A DNA stretch of 51,838 nucleotides from a bacterium (GCA_029557815.1 JAKQHX010000024.1:1-51838), one strand, 5' to 3'. Numbered from the stretch's first letter, positions 20,011 through 29,196 are shown. The notes: generated from the sequence alone by a model not told the origin. Numbers and translations are program-made.

Positions 20011-20889
20011 ATGAAGGATACGCAACGTAACCGCCAAGCTCCGACCGGGCCGCTCTTTTCCTTCGGTATTATTGCCGATTGCCAGTATGCGGATATTCCG
20101 GACATGACTACCTTTGCCGATAGGCGGTTTCGTTTATCATTACAAAAACTTCGTCACGTAGCAGAGTTCTTCAACGCTAAAGACCTACAATTTGTAGTAC
20201 ATCTAGGCGATGCCATTGACCAAGATATCAGTAGTTTTGATACGATCATGCCCGTGTTCGGCCGGATGCGAGCGCCGGTTCTGCATGTCCTTGGCAACCA
20301 TGATTTCTCAGCAACTGGTGGAACGGGCCAGATAGATAGGCACGAAGTCTTGCGCAAGCTTGGGCTCGATCATCCGTATTACTCCTCTATCGTTATGGGC
20401 TGGCGGTTTATCGTAGTAGATGGCAACGAAGTAGGGGTTATCGAGTATCCTGAAGGCAGCAAAGAGTACGCAAAAGGCAAAGCCTTGCTGGAAACCCTGA
20501 TTAGGGCTGGGCGAGTGAATGCCCAAACGTGGAACGGTGCTCTCGGCCAAGAGCAGGTTGACTGGCTCATGTCTGAGCTTGAGGAAGCCGAAAAAAGCGG
20601 CCAACAAGTCGTTATATTCTCACATCAATCTATATACCCGAAACATCGGGAAAACATTCTGAACGACGAGGAACTGTTACCGAGATTGGCTCGCTATAAG
20701 AACCTCAAGGCGTTTATCAATGGCCATAATCACGACGGTAATTATGGCCAGTATGGCCACCTGCACTGCGTGACGATGCACGGTATGGTTGACACGGCAG
20801 AAAATGCCTACGCACTTGCGCATGTCCATGATGACAGGATAGAAATTGAAGGTTACGGACGTGAGCTGAGTAGAACACTTAGACTTTAA
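20011..20889 (+). CDS. calcineurin-like metallophosphoesterase resembling Mn-dependent ADP-ribose/CDP-alcohol diphosphatase (ADPRibase-Mn)
   Basis: 292 aa. LFSFGIIADCQYAD, HLGDAID, VLGNHDF, IFSHQ and NGHNHDGNY align motif-for-motif with the ADPRM family (FSFGVIADVQFAD...GDIID...GNHEF...SH...GHTHDGGY). Confidence 0.75.
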   Translation: MKDTQRNRQAPTGPLFSFGIIADCQYADIPDMTTFADRRFRLSLQKLRHVAEFFNAKDLQFVVHLGDAIDQDISSFDTIMPVFGRMRAPVLHVLGNHDFSATGGTGQIDRHEVLRKLGLDHPYYSSIVMGWRFIVVDGNEVGVIEYPEGSKEYAKGKALLETLIRAGRVNAQTWNGALGQEQVDWLMSELEEAEKSGQQVVIFSHQSIYPKHRENILNDEELLPRLARYKNLKAFINGHNHDGNYGQYGHLHCVTMHGMVDTAENAYALAHVHDDRIEIEGYGRELSRTLRL

Positions 20890-20906
20890 CAGAGTATACT
20901 AGAAGT

Positions 20907-21722
20907 ATGGCAAAGGACATTCATTATACCGATCCGAGCCGACAGAGCGGCGTACTTGAGTATGACAACGAAACCGCCGCTGAGTACGTGAACAGTTTGC
21001 AGCCGATTAAGGATGGTCGCCGCAGAAAAAAGCGAAACAGAATCTTGGCTGTAGTATTATTTTTGGCCGTGACATGTGGGGTGGCGGGGTATTTCTTTTT
21101 ATTGAAACCTGACAAGCCGGACCAACGACAAGGGCCACAGACTGCCCCGCCGCAACCAGTAGAAGAACAGGTACAGATTGCCAAACCGAAAAAATTTGTT
21201 TCTCAGGACATGAATCTGAGTTTCGAATACCCTGGCAATTGGAACGTTGACGACAGTATGCAAGGGCTCATACAAGTAGAATCGCCGGTTGTAAAACTGG
21301 CTGATGGTAATGGGGAGCAGTCGGATGCAAAAGTAGTCGTGAGCTTCCTGAGTACCGGCAGTGAAGTGCCGGGCTTTGGTGAGTCGAGCGCCACAGCTAC
21401 ACGTGATTCGGAAAAAATTACCTACAGCGCACCGTCGCAGAACCAGCGCGCCAAAACATACCTGAGTTTCGCAGCTTTTGGACGAAGCGGGATAGACGCG
21501 GTATTCATCACTGGCGACAACGGTTACCAGACGGATCAACTCATCCCTGAGAGCGATATCAAGAAGGGCGACCCGATTATTAGCGTGACGTTTAATAGCT
21601 GCGATGACGCCGATTGCGGCGGTGAGGGATCGGGTGCGTACACTATCCAGCCTGACGAGTGGGATGGTAACGAGGCACTTCAGGCCGTCCAAGCTTTGCT
21701 GAAGTCTCTAAGGGTTGAATAA
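20907..21722 (+). CDS. hypothetical membrane-anchored extracytoplasmic protein
   Basis: 271 aa. An RRRKKRNR stop-transfer segment and a TM helix (ILAVVLFLAVTCGVAGYFFLL) precede a Pro-rich linker and a globular domain. TATACT lies 6 nt upstream of the ATG. Confidence 0.6.
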   Translation: MAKDIHYTDPSRQSGVLEYDNETAAEYVNSLQPIKDGRRRKKRNRILAVVLFLAVTCGVAGYFFLLKPDKPDQRQGPQTAPPQPVEEQVQIAKPKKFVSQDMNLSFEYPGNWNVDDSMQGLIQVESPVVKLADGNGEQSDAKVVVSFLSTGSEVPGFGESSATATRDSEKITYSAPSQNQRAKTYLSFAAFGRSGIDAVFITGDNGYQTDQLIPESDIKKGDPIISVTFNSCDDADCGGEGSGAYTIQPDEWDGNEALQAVQALLKSLRVE

Positions 21723-21749
21723 TTCAGTGCACTGATTTACCTTGAAGGC

Positions 21750-22220
21750 ATGGCCATGATACAAATGTTTGCCCAAGCTACACGCGTGCCAGAAAATGGT
21801 GCCAGTAGAGCCGAAGATTTCCAGCCCTTGACGAGAAATCCTCAGGCAGCCGGAGGGGGTGTGCAGTCAGGTGTAGAGCCGCAAAGCGCCGGGGGACAAG
21901 ATATCTTAAACCACGAAAACGCCCGGATTATAGTACCCACAAATGATGTCCAAACGGCCACACCCATGCAGACTACTGCCAATGGTGCCAGTATTAACTG
22001 GTTTCTGGTAATAGTGATTTCCATAATACTAGTCGCTCTATTGGAGTATGTTTTCCGTAGGCGTGAAAAGGCCCCTATCCCAAAACAAGTGTCTTCTGTA
22101 GGTAGTGCCTTGCCGCAGGATACAGTCGCGGTACCTGCGTCTAGCGTTCAGGAAATAACGTCCAGCAAAAAGAAAGTATCGGCGAGGTCTAAATCAAAAC
22201 GAAAAAAATCTCGTAAATAG
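21750..22220 (+). CDS. hypothetical single-pass membrane protein with Lys-rich tail
   Basis: 156 aa. TM helix WFLVIVISIILVALLEYVF followed by RRREK and a C-terminal KKKVSARSKSKRKKSRK. Confidence 0.45.
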   Translation: MAMIQMFAQATRVPENGASRAEDFQPLTRNPQAAGGGVQSGVEPQSAGGQDILNHENARIIVPTNDVQTATPMQTTANGASINWFLVIVISIILVALLEYVFRRREKAPIPKQVSSVGSALPQDTVAVPASSVQEITSSKKKVSARSKSKRKKSRK

Positions 22221-22264
22221 AATCAAATTGCCGTTTTTGGTAAACTATATGTAGAGAACTCCTT

Positions 22265-24328
22265 ATGGCAAAAAAAGACACGAAAAACGAGAAAAAGACC
22301 GAGCTGGTACACGATGACGCTGAGGTTGTGGCACGTGTTGAAAAAATGATGGAGCCGGATACCAAAAAACCGCAGCCTGCTACAGCTGAAATGAGCGAAC
22401 CGACAACCGCACCGGAGGTGACGGAGCTTCCGGTACCAAAAGAACCGCTCAAGATAAAAATCCTGCGAGATAATGAAGCCGCCGATACTGATGAGCCAGT
22501 TTCTGCCCCGCTGTTGACGGGAGATTCTGCAGAGGCGGAAGGGCCTCAGGTCCCCGAAACCACGCCAGAGCCAGAAGTGCTCCCAGCGGAAGCTGATTCA
22601 CAACATGTCTCTGAGACAGATGGATCGCCAGAAGACCCCAAGACGGCTGAAGCGGTAGAAGACATCGTGCGCCGTGAAGGCGATGAGCTCCTGAAAGCCG
22701 AAGACGAAAAGCTGGCAGAAGCTTTCAAGCCACCGGCACCCAAAACCTTTTTCCAGAAGCTTAGGTCTACCCTTGGTGATATTTGGAAAGACCCCAGGAA
22801 GCGTAAGGTTTTGTTGGGCTCGTTGGCCATGTTGATCTTGATCATCGGCGTTGTACCGGTGAGTCGCTACTTTGTCCTAAATACCGTAGGCGTTCGAGCA
22901 AGCGCCAGTATACAGGTGTTAGACAAAAGTACACTCCAGCCGCTCAAGAATGTCGAAGTTACCCTACGAGGTGTGAGCGCCCTGACAGACGAAAGTGGAC
23001 TTGCCAAGCTCGAGAAGGTCAAGCTTGGCTCTACTCAGCTCAAGATCGAACGTCGGGCGTTTGCAGTGATTGAGCGTAAAGTTACTGTTGGTTGGGGTAG
23101 CAATCCGTTGGGCGAGGAAAGACTGCAGCCAACAGGTACGCAGTATGCCTTCATGGTCACGGATTACTTGTCGGGTCAAGGTATCAAGAAGGCTGAAGCT
23201 ACAAGCGGCGACGCCAGCGCTTTTTCCGACGAGAGCGGTAAGATTCTCCTCACTATGGAAAACCCCGCCGATGAGTTGGAGATACAGATCACGAGCGACG
23301 GACGACGGACGGAGACATTTACAATGAGTGGCGACGCCAAAGGTGAGCGAAAAATACAGATGGTACCAGCTCGTAAACACGCCTACATTTCGAGGCGTGA
23401 CGAAGGCCGCTACGACGTCTATGCCGCATATGCTGACGGCAAGGAGGAGACACTCGTACTTAAGGGGACTGGTAACGAACGTGACGATATTGTACTTGTC
23501 CCACATCCAACTGATGACGTAATTGCACTCGTTTCAACTCGTGATGGCAAACACAATGAGGACGGCTATTTGCTCAGCACCCTGACTATTGTCGATCTGA
23601 GAACAAAGAGCAGCGAAACCGTCCAATCATCTGAACGCATCCAGCTGACCGGCTGGTTTGGTGACCGATTGGTGTATGTACGGGTTGTATCCGGTGCGAG
23701 TGCCGGTAATCCACAACGAAACCGTCTCATGGCGTACCATTACAAAGACGATACCAATAACGAACTTGCAGCTAGCAACTATTTCAACGACGTGATGGCT
23801 GTCCGCGACAGGATCTACTATGCGCCCTCTGGAGCGTATCAAAATGGTGTGAATGTCAGTTTATTTAGTGTCAAAGCCGATGGTAGCGACAAAAAGATTA
23901 TCTTGGACAAAGAAGTCTGGAACATGTTCCGTACCGAACATGACCATATTGCTTTAGCTGCACCGGGTGCATGGTACGACTATAGGATCGGTGACGAGCG
24001 ACCCGTCAAGCTTGGCGGCGAGCCGGCGCGCCTAACCTCACGGGTGTTTGCGGATAGTCCAAATAGCGAAAAAAGCCTATGGGTTGATATCCGTGATGGT
24101 AAAGGTACGCTCATCGTTCACGATACTAAGAATAACAAAGACAAAACGCTTCGCACGCAAAGCGGACTCAAGAACCCCGTCCGTTGGCTGAACGACAGTA
24201 CAGTTGTGTACCGCGTGAAAACGGATATGGAAACTGCCGACTACGCACTAAGCCTGGATGGCGGCGACCCAAAGAAAATTGCCGATGTGACCAACACGGA
24301 CGGCATCGACAGGTGGTATTACTACTAG
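22265..24328 (+). CDS. hypothetical membrane-anchored protein (acidic N-terminal tail, TM, beta-rich/propeller-like ectodomain)
   Basis: 687 aa. A Glu/Pro-rich N-terminus of about 190 aa, TM helix VLLGSLAMLILIIGVVPV, then repeated beta-strand-rich segments with DG/W motifs suggestive of TolB-like blades. Confidence 0.65.
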   Translation: MAKKDTKNEKKTELVHDDAEVVARVEKMMEPDTKKPQPATAEMSEPTTAPEVTELPVPKEPLKIKILRDNEAADTDEPVSAPLLTGDSAEAEGPQVPETTPEPEVLPAEADSQHVSETDGSPEDPKTAEAVEDIVRREGDELLKAEDEKLAEAFKPPAPKTFFQKLRSTLGDIWKDPRKRKVLLGSLAMLILIIGVVPVSRYFVLNTVGVRASASIQVLDKSTLQPLKNVEVTLRGVSALTDESGLAKLEKVKLGSTQLKIERRAFAVIERKVTVGWGSNPLGEERLQPTGTQYAFMVTDYLSGQGIKKAEATSGDASAFSDESGKILLTMENPADELEIQITSDGRRTETFTMSGDAKGERKIQMVPARKHAYISRRDEGRYDVYAAYADGKEETLVLKGTGNERDDIVLVPHPTDDVIALVSTRDGKHNEDGYLLSTLTIVDLRTKSSETVQSSERIQLTGWFGDRLVYVRVVSGASAGNPQRNRLMAYHYKDDTNNELAASNYFNDVMAVRDRIYYAPSGAYQNGVNVSLFSVKADGSDKKIILDKEVWNMFRTEHDHIALAAPGAWYDYRIGDERPVKLGGEPARLTSRVFADSPNSEKSLWVDIRDGKGTLIVHDTKNNKDKTLRTQSGLKNPVRWLNDSTVVYRVKTDMETADYALSLDGGDPKKIADVTNTDGIDRWYYY

Positions 24329-24421
24329 GCCGTGAGAGCCGGATGGATCTTATCATCGCATAGATAAATGAGCCCGTCTGTTCTCTTTTGGCCTACGGTT
24401 AGTTTGAGATATCATAGTCAT

Positions 24422-24673
24422 ATGAATATGAAGAAAAGACAAAAACTACCGAAGCTCAAGAAAGGGATGTGGTTTTATAAAATCCGCGGCAGTTATCTGC
24501 CCGCTACTTGGCAAGGCTGGCTGACGTATTTGCCTTTTATCGCGTTTTTGGTCTGGAGCTGGACATATGCTATGAATACACGGCCGTCTGTCGGCGAAGC
24601 ACTGTTGGTAATATTTCCTGCTTGGGTGGCAAGCGCTGTCGTCATGACGTGGATTGCGTCACGTAAGTCATAA
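24422..24673 (+). CDS. hypothetical small membrane protein
   Basis: Start trimmed to MNMKKRQK (ATG 24422), which has TATCAT 6 nt upstream. Two predicted TM helices. Confidence 0.4.
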   Translation: MNMKKRQKLPKLKKGMWFYKIRGSYLPATWQGWLTYLPFIAFLVWSWTYAMNTRPSVGEALLVIFPAWVASAVVMTWIASRKS

Positions 24674-24713
24674 ACTAGCTCCCGTTCGCGTGCATACTCT
24701 ACAATAGTCTTAG

Positions 24714-25517
24714 ATGACAGATATACAATTGTTCCGAGAAGCGGTGTGGGAATACTATGCAAACCACAGGCGTGATCTGCCTTGGCGTCATCCAGGGACG
24801 GGTGGTGGGTTTGACGCATATAAAATCCTGGTGAGTGAGATTATGCTGCAGCAGACACAGGCTTCGCGGGTCACTCCAAAATACCTGAGTTTCATCGAAA
24901 AGTTTCCAGCTGCACAGGTTTTGGCTCAGACACCCTTGGCGGGAGTGTTAGCAGCCTGGAATGGACTTGGTTACAATCGTCGCGCCAAGTATTTGCATGA
25001 AGCAGCGAAACAACTAGCGACTACGCCGCACCCTTGGACCTTGGAAGATTTGGTTGCGTGCAAAGGCGTTGGGCCAAATACTGCGGCTGCGGTTTGTGTG
25101 TATGCATACAATCAGCCGCTCGTATTTATCGAGACAAACGTACGTACTGTATTCATCCATCACTTCTTCCAGGACAAGGTCGACATACATGATAAAGAAA
25201 TATTGCCGCTTGTCGAGTTGGCTTTGGATAGAGAACTCCCGAGAGAGTGGTACTGGGCGCTCATGGACTATGGTGTACATATAAAATCGACTGTTGGCAA
25301 TACGGCCCGCGCGAGTAAACACTACACAAAGCAATCAAAATTCGAAGGCTCCAAGCGCCAAATACGGGGACAGGTACTACGACTCCTTGGCGAAAGGGGC
25401 CAAACGCATCAACAACTTGCCAAATATATACCAGACGAGCGGTTAGAAGCGGTGCTCGTTGACTTGCAGCGCGATGGCCTGATTTCTGTCCGAAAGGGCA
25501 ACATTTCTCTCGGATGA
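24714..25517 (+). CDS. HhH-GPD DNA glycosylase, MutY-like N-terminal domain without Fe-S cysteines, C-terminal winged-helix-like segment
   Basis: 267 aa. LPWR, SEIMLQQTQ (MutY catalytic Glu context), GLGYNRRAKYLH and the HhH motif GVGPNTAAAVCVYAY are present. There are no Cys residues after residue about 130, where MutY/Nth carry C-X6-C-X2-C-X5-C. Confidence 0.75.
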   Translation: MTDIQLFREAVWEYYANHRRDLPWRHPGTGGGFDAYKILVSEIMLQQTQASRVTPKYLSFIEKFPAAQVLAQTPLAGVLAAWNGLGYNRRAKYLHEAAKQLATTPHPWTLEDLVACKGVGPNTAAAVCVYAYNQPLVFIETNVRTVFIHHFFQDKVDIHDKEILPLVELALDRELPREWYWALMDYGVHIKSTVGNTARASKHYTKQSKFEGSKRQIRGQVLRLLGERGQTHQQLAKYIPDERLEAVLVDLQRDGLISVRKGNISLG

Positions 25518-25563
25518 AACGGAGCGGTTGTGATAAAATAACCGTAAGGAGTAACGCTCATTT

Positions 25564-26214
25564 ATGAAAGTCATGAAGCTCATAATGTGTATGGTTTTGG
25601 CCATACCTTTGCTTGCTGGCGACGTTGCGTTTGCCCAGGAATCCGCCACCACTCCCCAACCAGCTACCAGTTCGCCTTCGAATAGTGGGGAGAATGGTAG
25701 CCAAGCCCGCGAAAAACGAGTCGAAGAGCGAAAAGAAAAATCCCAGCGCTCCCTAACGCAGCTTGAGCAGAATATAGTCAAATCCAAGTGCCAGACAATA
25801 CATGCCTCTGTCAAAACAACGCAGTCGCGACTAAGTAGCTTCGAGCCTAAGCGGACACAAGTCTATGGTCGCTTCGTCGAACGCTTACAGGGGTTTAGTG
25901 CTAAGCTCAAAGCAGCAGGGATAGATGTTACTACCTACGATCGGCAAGTTATGGTTCTCAAAACAAAAGCCCATGCGTTTAACGCGGAAATTGCCGCCCT
26001 ACAGCAGGCCGTTGATGACCTGAGTACCATGGATTGTACGGTAGACCCAGAAGGTTTTGCGGTCACTTTGCTAGAAGCGAAGGCTTTGCGCTCAAGCGTC
26101 ATCAATAAAGGCAAGGATTTCCGTACGTACCTACGAGATACGTTCAAGCCCGTATTCACGAACATTCGTACCGAACTACAACTACAAACTAACAATACTA
26201 AAGAAGAGGGCTAG
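25564..26214 (+). CDS. hypothetical secreted helical protein
   Basis: 216 aa. Signal peptide MKVMKLIMCMVLAIPLLAGDVAFA, AAGGAG 14 nt upstream, heptad-like helical composition. Confidence 0.6.
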   Translation: MKVMKLIMCMVLAIPLLAGDVAFAQESATTPQPATSSPSNSGENGSQAREKRVEERKEKSQRSLTQLEQNIVKSKCQTIHASVKTTQSRLSSFEPKRTQVYGRFVERLQGFSAKLKAAGIDVTTYDRQVMVLKTKAHAFNAEIAALQQAVDDLSTMDCTVDPEGFAVTLLEAKALRSSVINKGKDFRTYLRDTFKPVFTNIRTELQLQTNNTKEEG

Positions 26215-26217
26215 GCC

Positions 26218-26865
26218 ATGGATGATACTCAGCAGCACCAACACCGACCATATGCCCGCCGAGGAGGCATTATGGATATCCAGCCGCGGCGTCCCCAACA
26301 ATATGCCAATGGCGATGCGGCGTCGGCCGAATCGACCCAACCTGTGTTGGATCACGAGCCGGTGCCAAGCAACGTGGAAACTCCGAAGCCGGCTATCCCC
26401 GATACGGTACAAACTCAGCCGTCACCTACCGAAACAGCCGAACTCCAAGCCGAACCACCAGCCCCTGCGACCTCCCCAAAGCCCGGCCTCAGCCCTGAAT
26501 TATTAGCACAAGCAGAATCAGAGGCCAAGCAGCAGGAACAGGCAAAACAAGCGCTTCTGGCAGCACGGAAATCCCATAAAAATAGAGGTCCAATCATTGC
26601 AAGCATCTTTGCGATTGTGATAGCGTTCTCGCTCGCCGGTCTGACCGTATACGTGTATATATCACAGAACAGGACAGATAGCTCCAAGCAATCTGCCCAG
26701 GAAGCAGGGGCTGACAACCAGGCCAACTCATCAGAAACTCCCCAACCAGCTACGGCGGCAGAGGTTGAAGACCTTGCAAAAGAACTGGACGCAACAATCA
26801 ATGCCACCGACGAGTCTCAGGAAATTCCCGAAGAGGCCCTCAATGAAGGGTCGGTCGGACTCTAG
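26218..26865 (+). CDS. hypothetical Pro-rich single-pass membrane protein
   Basis: 215 aa, starting 3 nt after the previous stop. TM helix IIASIFAIVIAFSLAGLTVYVYI. The flanks are low-complexity Pro/Glu/Ala. Confidence 0.5.
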   Translation: MDDTQQHQHRPYARRGGIMDIQPRRPQQYANGDAASAESTQPVLDHEPVPSNVETPKPAIPDTVQTQPSPTETAELQAEPPAPATSPKPGLSPELLAQAESEAKQQEQAKQALLAARKSHKNRGPIIASIFAIVIAFSLAGLTVYVYISQNRTDSSKQSAQEAGADNQANSSETPQPATAAEVEDLAKELDATINATDESQEIPEEALNEGSVGL

Positions 26866-27758
26866 TTTTTAGCTGGTTCGTCGCCGGCCTGACCGACAAC
26901 TTTTATATTGTTCTTGGCGAAAGCTTTTTGGAGCAGACGGTAAAATTCACTGCGCGTCTGCCACTGCGCTGCAGCATTGGTTTTGGCAAGTATCCGTACG
27001 GCGATGCCTTTATCGGTCAGGCCTTTTATCCCGGCAAAATATGGTGGCTCGATTATACGATTTTGTATTTGGGGCAATGCTTGCAAGTCTTCGCCAACTT
27101 GTTTGATGACTTTTTCTAGTTTGTCCATGTTGGTATCAAAGTGTACGACGATTTCTTCGTTCATACGACTGTAGCCAAGTGTCTTGTTTGTTGTTACACC
27201 GATATTACCATTGGGCACATGGTGGACATCGCCGCTCATATCTCGAAGTACGGTCGTTCGGATAGTGAGGTCTTCCACTTTGCCTTCAATCCTTCCCAGC
27301 CCCAGCCCGGCTACGAGCGTCACCTCGTCACCGATACGGTATTGGTTTTCGGAGATGATGAATATACCTGTCGTGAGGTCTTTGATGAGACTTTGAGCGC
27401 CAAAGCCAATAATTGCACCCATTACACCGGCGCTTGTAAAGAGTGTCGTTCGGGCGTTAGGATATAGTTCGCCAATTACGAGGAGTGTCGCTACGATGTA
27501 TACGCCAAGCCGGACAACACCCCTGACTAAACTGCCGAGGGTCTTGATGCGCTTTTCGCGGTCGCTTTTGGTGGGATACACGTCCGGCCGAATAATATGT
27601 CGAAGAAATCTATGCGTAAAGTCATTGGCAACTCTTTGGAAAATCCAGGCGCCAATTAGAATGACAATAACGTTAATGAGGTGGTCGGTCATCCATATGC
27701 GCAGACTATCGGCAAACCACTCAAACCGGATAAACTGTTGTTCGATAAAGCGATCCAT
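26862..27758 (-). CDS. mechanosensitive ion channel (MscS family)
   Basis: 298 aa. Three TM helices followed by an MscS beta-domain signature: IGDEVTLV...GKVEDLTIRTTVLRDMSGDVHHVPNGNI. Confidence 0.85.
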   Translation of the reverse strand: MDRFIEQQFIRFEWFADSLRIWMTDHLINVIVILIGAWIFQRVANDFTHRFLRHIIRPDVYPTKSDREKRIKTLGSLVRGVVRLGVYIVATLLVIGELYPNARTTLFTSAGVMGAIIGFGAQSLIKDLTTGIFIISENQYRIGDEVTLVAGLGLGRIEGKVEDLTIRTTVLRDMSGDVHHVPNGNIGVTTNKTLGYSRMNEEIVVHFDTNMDKLEKVIKQVGEDLQALPQIQNRIIEPPYFAGIKGLTDKGIAVRILAKTNAAAQWQTRSEFYRLLQKAFAKNNIKVVGQAGDEPAKN

Positions 27759-27797
27759 GATTATGTATCATTATATAGAGGGAGTGGTGAAAAGCAT

Positions 27798-28388
27798 ATG
27801 GTTACATTCAGTACTTTACACGACAGCGAGATTGTGAATTTGTTACAAAACGGCTCAGTCGGTGTCATTCCAACGGATACAGTGTATGGGTTGGCATGTC
27901 TGGCTACGGACCGGACGGCGGTTGGCCGTCTATACGAGCTAAAATCCCGCGATGACAAACCAGGTACGCTTATAGCCGCTAGCATAGAGCAGCTGGTTGA
28001 GCTTGGCATACCGCGGCGTTACGTGACCGCTGCCCAGAATTTTTGGCCGAATCCCATAAGTGTCATCATCCCGACTACCCCTGATTTGCAGTATCTTGAC
28101 CTTGGTAGAATGAGTCTGGCGATGCGGGTGCCGATAGATCAAACAATCACCGCATTGTTGGCTAATACCGGTCCGCTACTTACATCCAGCGCCAACCATC
28201 CCGGCGAACCACCTGCATCGACGAGCGAGGAAGCCAAGACCTATTTCGGCGACTCGGTGGATTTTTATGTCGATGGCGGCGATTTGTCCGATCGAGCCGC
28301 TTCGACCATTATTCGGATAATAGATGACGCCGTTGAGGTGCTCCGTGAAGGAGCGGTCAAGATAAACGAAAAAGGAGAAATTATATGA
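27798..28388 (+). CDS. tsaC: L-threonylcarbamoyladenylate synthase (YrdC/Sua5/TsaC family)
   Basis: VGVIPTDTVYGLAC, KSRDDKPGTL and TSSANHPGEPP motifs. Start trimmed to ATG 27798 (GGAG upstream), because the track start at 27681 overlaps the divergent MscS gene. Confidence 0.85.
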   Translation: MVTFSTLHDSEIVNLLQNGSVGVIPTDTVYGLACLATDRTAVGRLYELKSRDDKPGTLIAASIEQLVELGIPRRYVTAAQNFWPNPISVIIPTTPDLQYLDLGRMSLAMRVPIDQTITALLANTGPLLTSSANHPGEPPASTSEEAKTYFGDSVDFYVDGGDLSDRAASTIIRIIDDAVEVLREGAVKINEKGEII

Positions 28389-28738
28389 GTCCTCTGACAT
28401 TTAACGAATACCAGGACCAGGCTTTAACAACTGATATTTTTGAACATAGGAGTTCCTCTGTAGCGGATCCTTCGTTTATGTCGAAAGTGTTAGGTCTCGT
28501 TGGTGAAGCGGGCGAAATAGCTGAAAAGTTCAAAAAAATTCTCCGTGACAAAGACGGTATCCTCGACGAGGCTGATAAGCAGGAAATTATCAAAGAACTC
28601 GGTGATGTCCTGTGGTATATTGGCGTACTTTCAAAGTATATGGATGTTCCGCTTCAGGATGTGGCGGATAGGAATTTGGATAAAGTCCTGAGCAGAAAAG
28701 CTCGCGGAGTCCAAAAGGGTTCCGGAGATAACAGATGA
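28385..28738 (+). CDS. small MazG-like nucleoside triphosphate pyrophosphohydrolase
   Basis: 117 aa. LGLVGEAGEIAEKFKK and ELGDVLWYIGVL helices (EXXE motifs). ATGA overlap with the tsaC stop. Confidence 0.8.
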   Translation: MSPLTFNEYQDQALTTDIFEHRSSSVADPSFMSKVLGLVGEAGEIAEKFKKILRDKDGILDEADKQEIIKELGDVLWYIGVLSKYMDVPLQDVADRNLDKVLSRKARGVQKGSGDNR

Positions 28739-29169
28739 GTGGCACAGTCAATGTGCCAGGTGTATGTGTACTGATACGGAAGCAAGGAAAAGCCCTCTTT
28801 GTCTTGCGGGAAAACACCGGATTCAAAGATGGTGAGTATGCTGTGCCGAGCGGCCACGTTGAAGATGGCGAAACATTCAAGCAAGCTGCATGTCGTGAAG
28901 CACTGGAGGAAGTAGGTGTGCATGTGCGCCCGGAAGATCTTGTGTACAAATTGACCGTGCAGCGTAAATCGGTTCAGGATATTAGGGTGGACGTTTGGTT
29001 CGAGGCACTGGCATGGACCGGAAAACCTACGAACGCAGAGCCAGATAAACATAGCAAAATAGAATGGATTGATATCGATAGTTTGCCGGAAAATGTCGTT
29101 GATTATATTTCTTTTGGGATTGAAAATATCAATGAAAATAACTACTATGGTGAATTCGGCTGGCGATAG
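28735..29169 (+). CDS. NUDIX hydrolase
   Basis: Nudix box GHVEDGETFKQAACREALEEVGV. ATGA overlap with the preceding gene. Confidence 0.85.
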   Translation: MSGTVNVPGVCVLIRKQGKALFVLRENTGFKDGEYAVPSGHVEDGETFKQAACREALEEVGVHVRPEDLVYKLTVQRKSVQDIRVDVWFEALAWTGKPTNAEPDKHSKIEWIDIDSLPENVVDYISFGIENINENNYYGEFGWR

Positions 29170-29196
29170 AAGCCCATTCTCTAGTATCATACATCT

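Noticed and set aside
27681-27797. Extended N-termini given by the ORF track for several genes: 27681, 34634, 36494, 37539, 39788, 7025, 12678, 24368.
   Set aside because: The extensions overlap neighbouring genes or lack any RBS or -10 context. Internal ATGs give canonical N-termini or signal peptides and have an SD or a -10 box at the right spacing.
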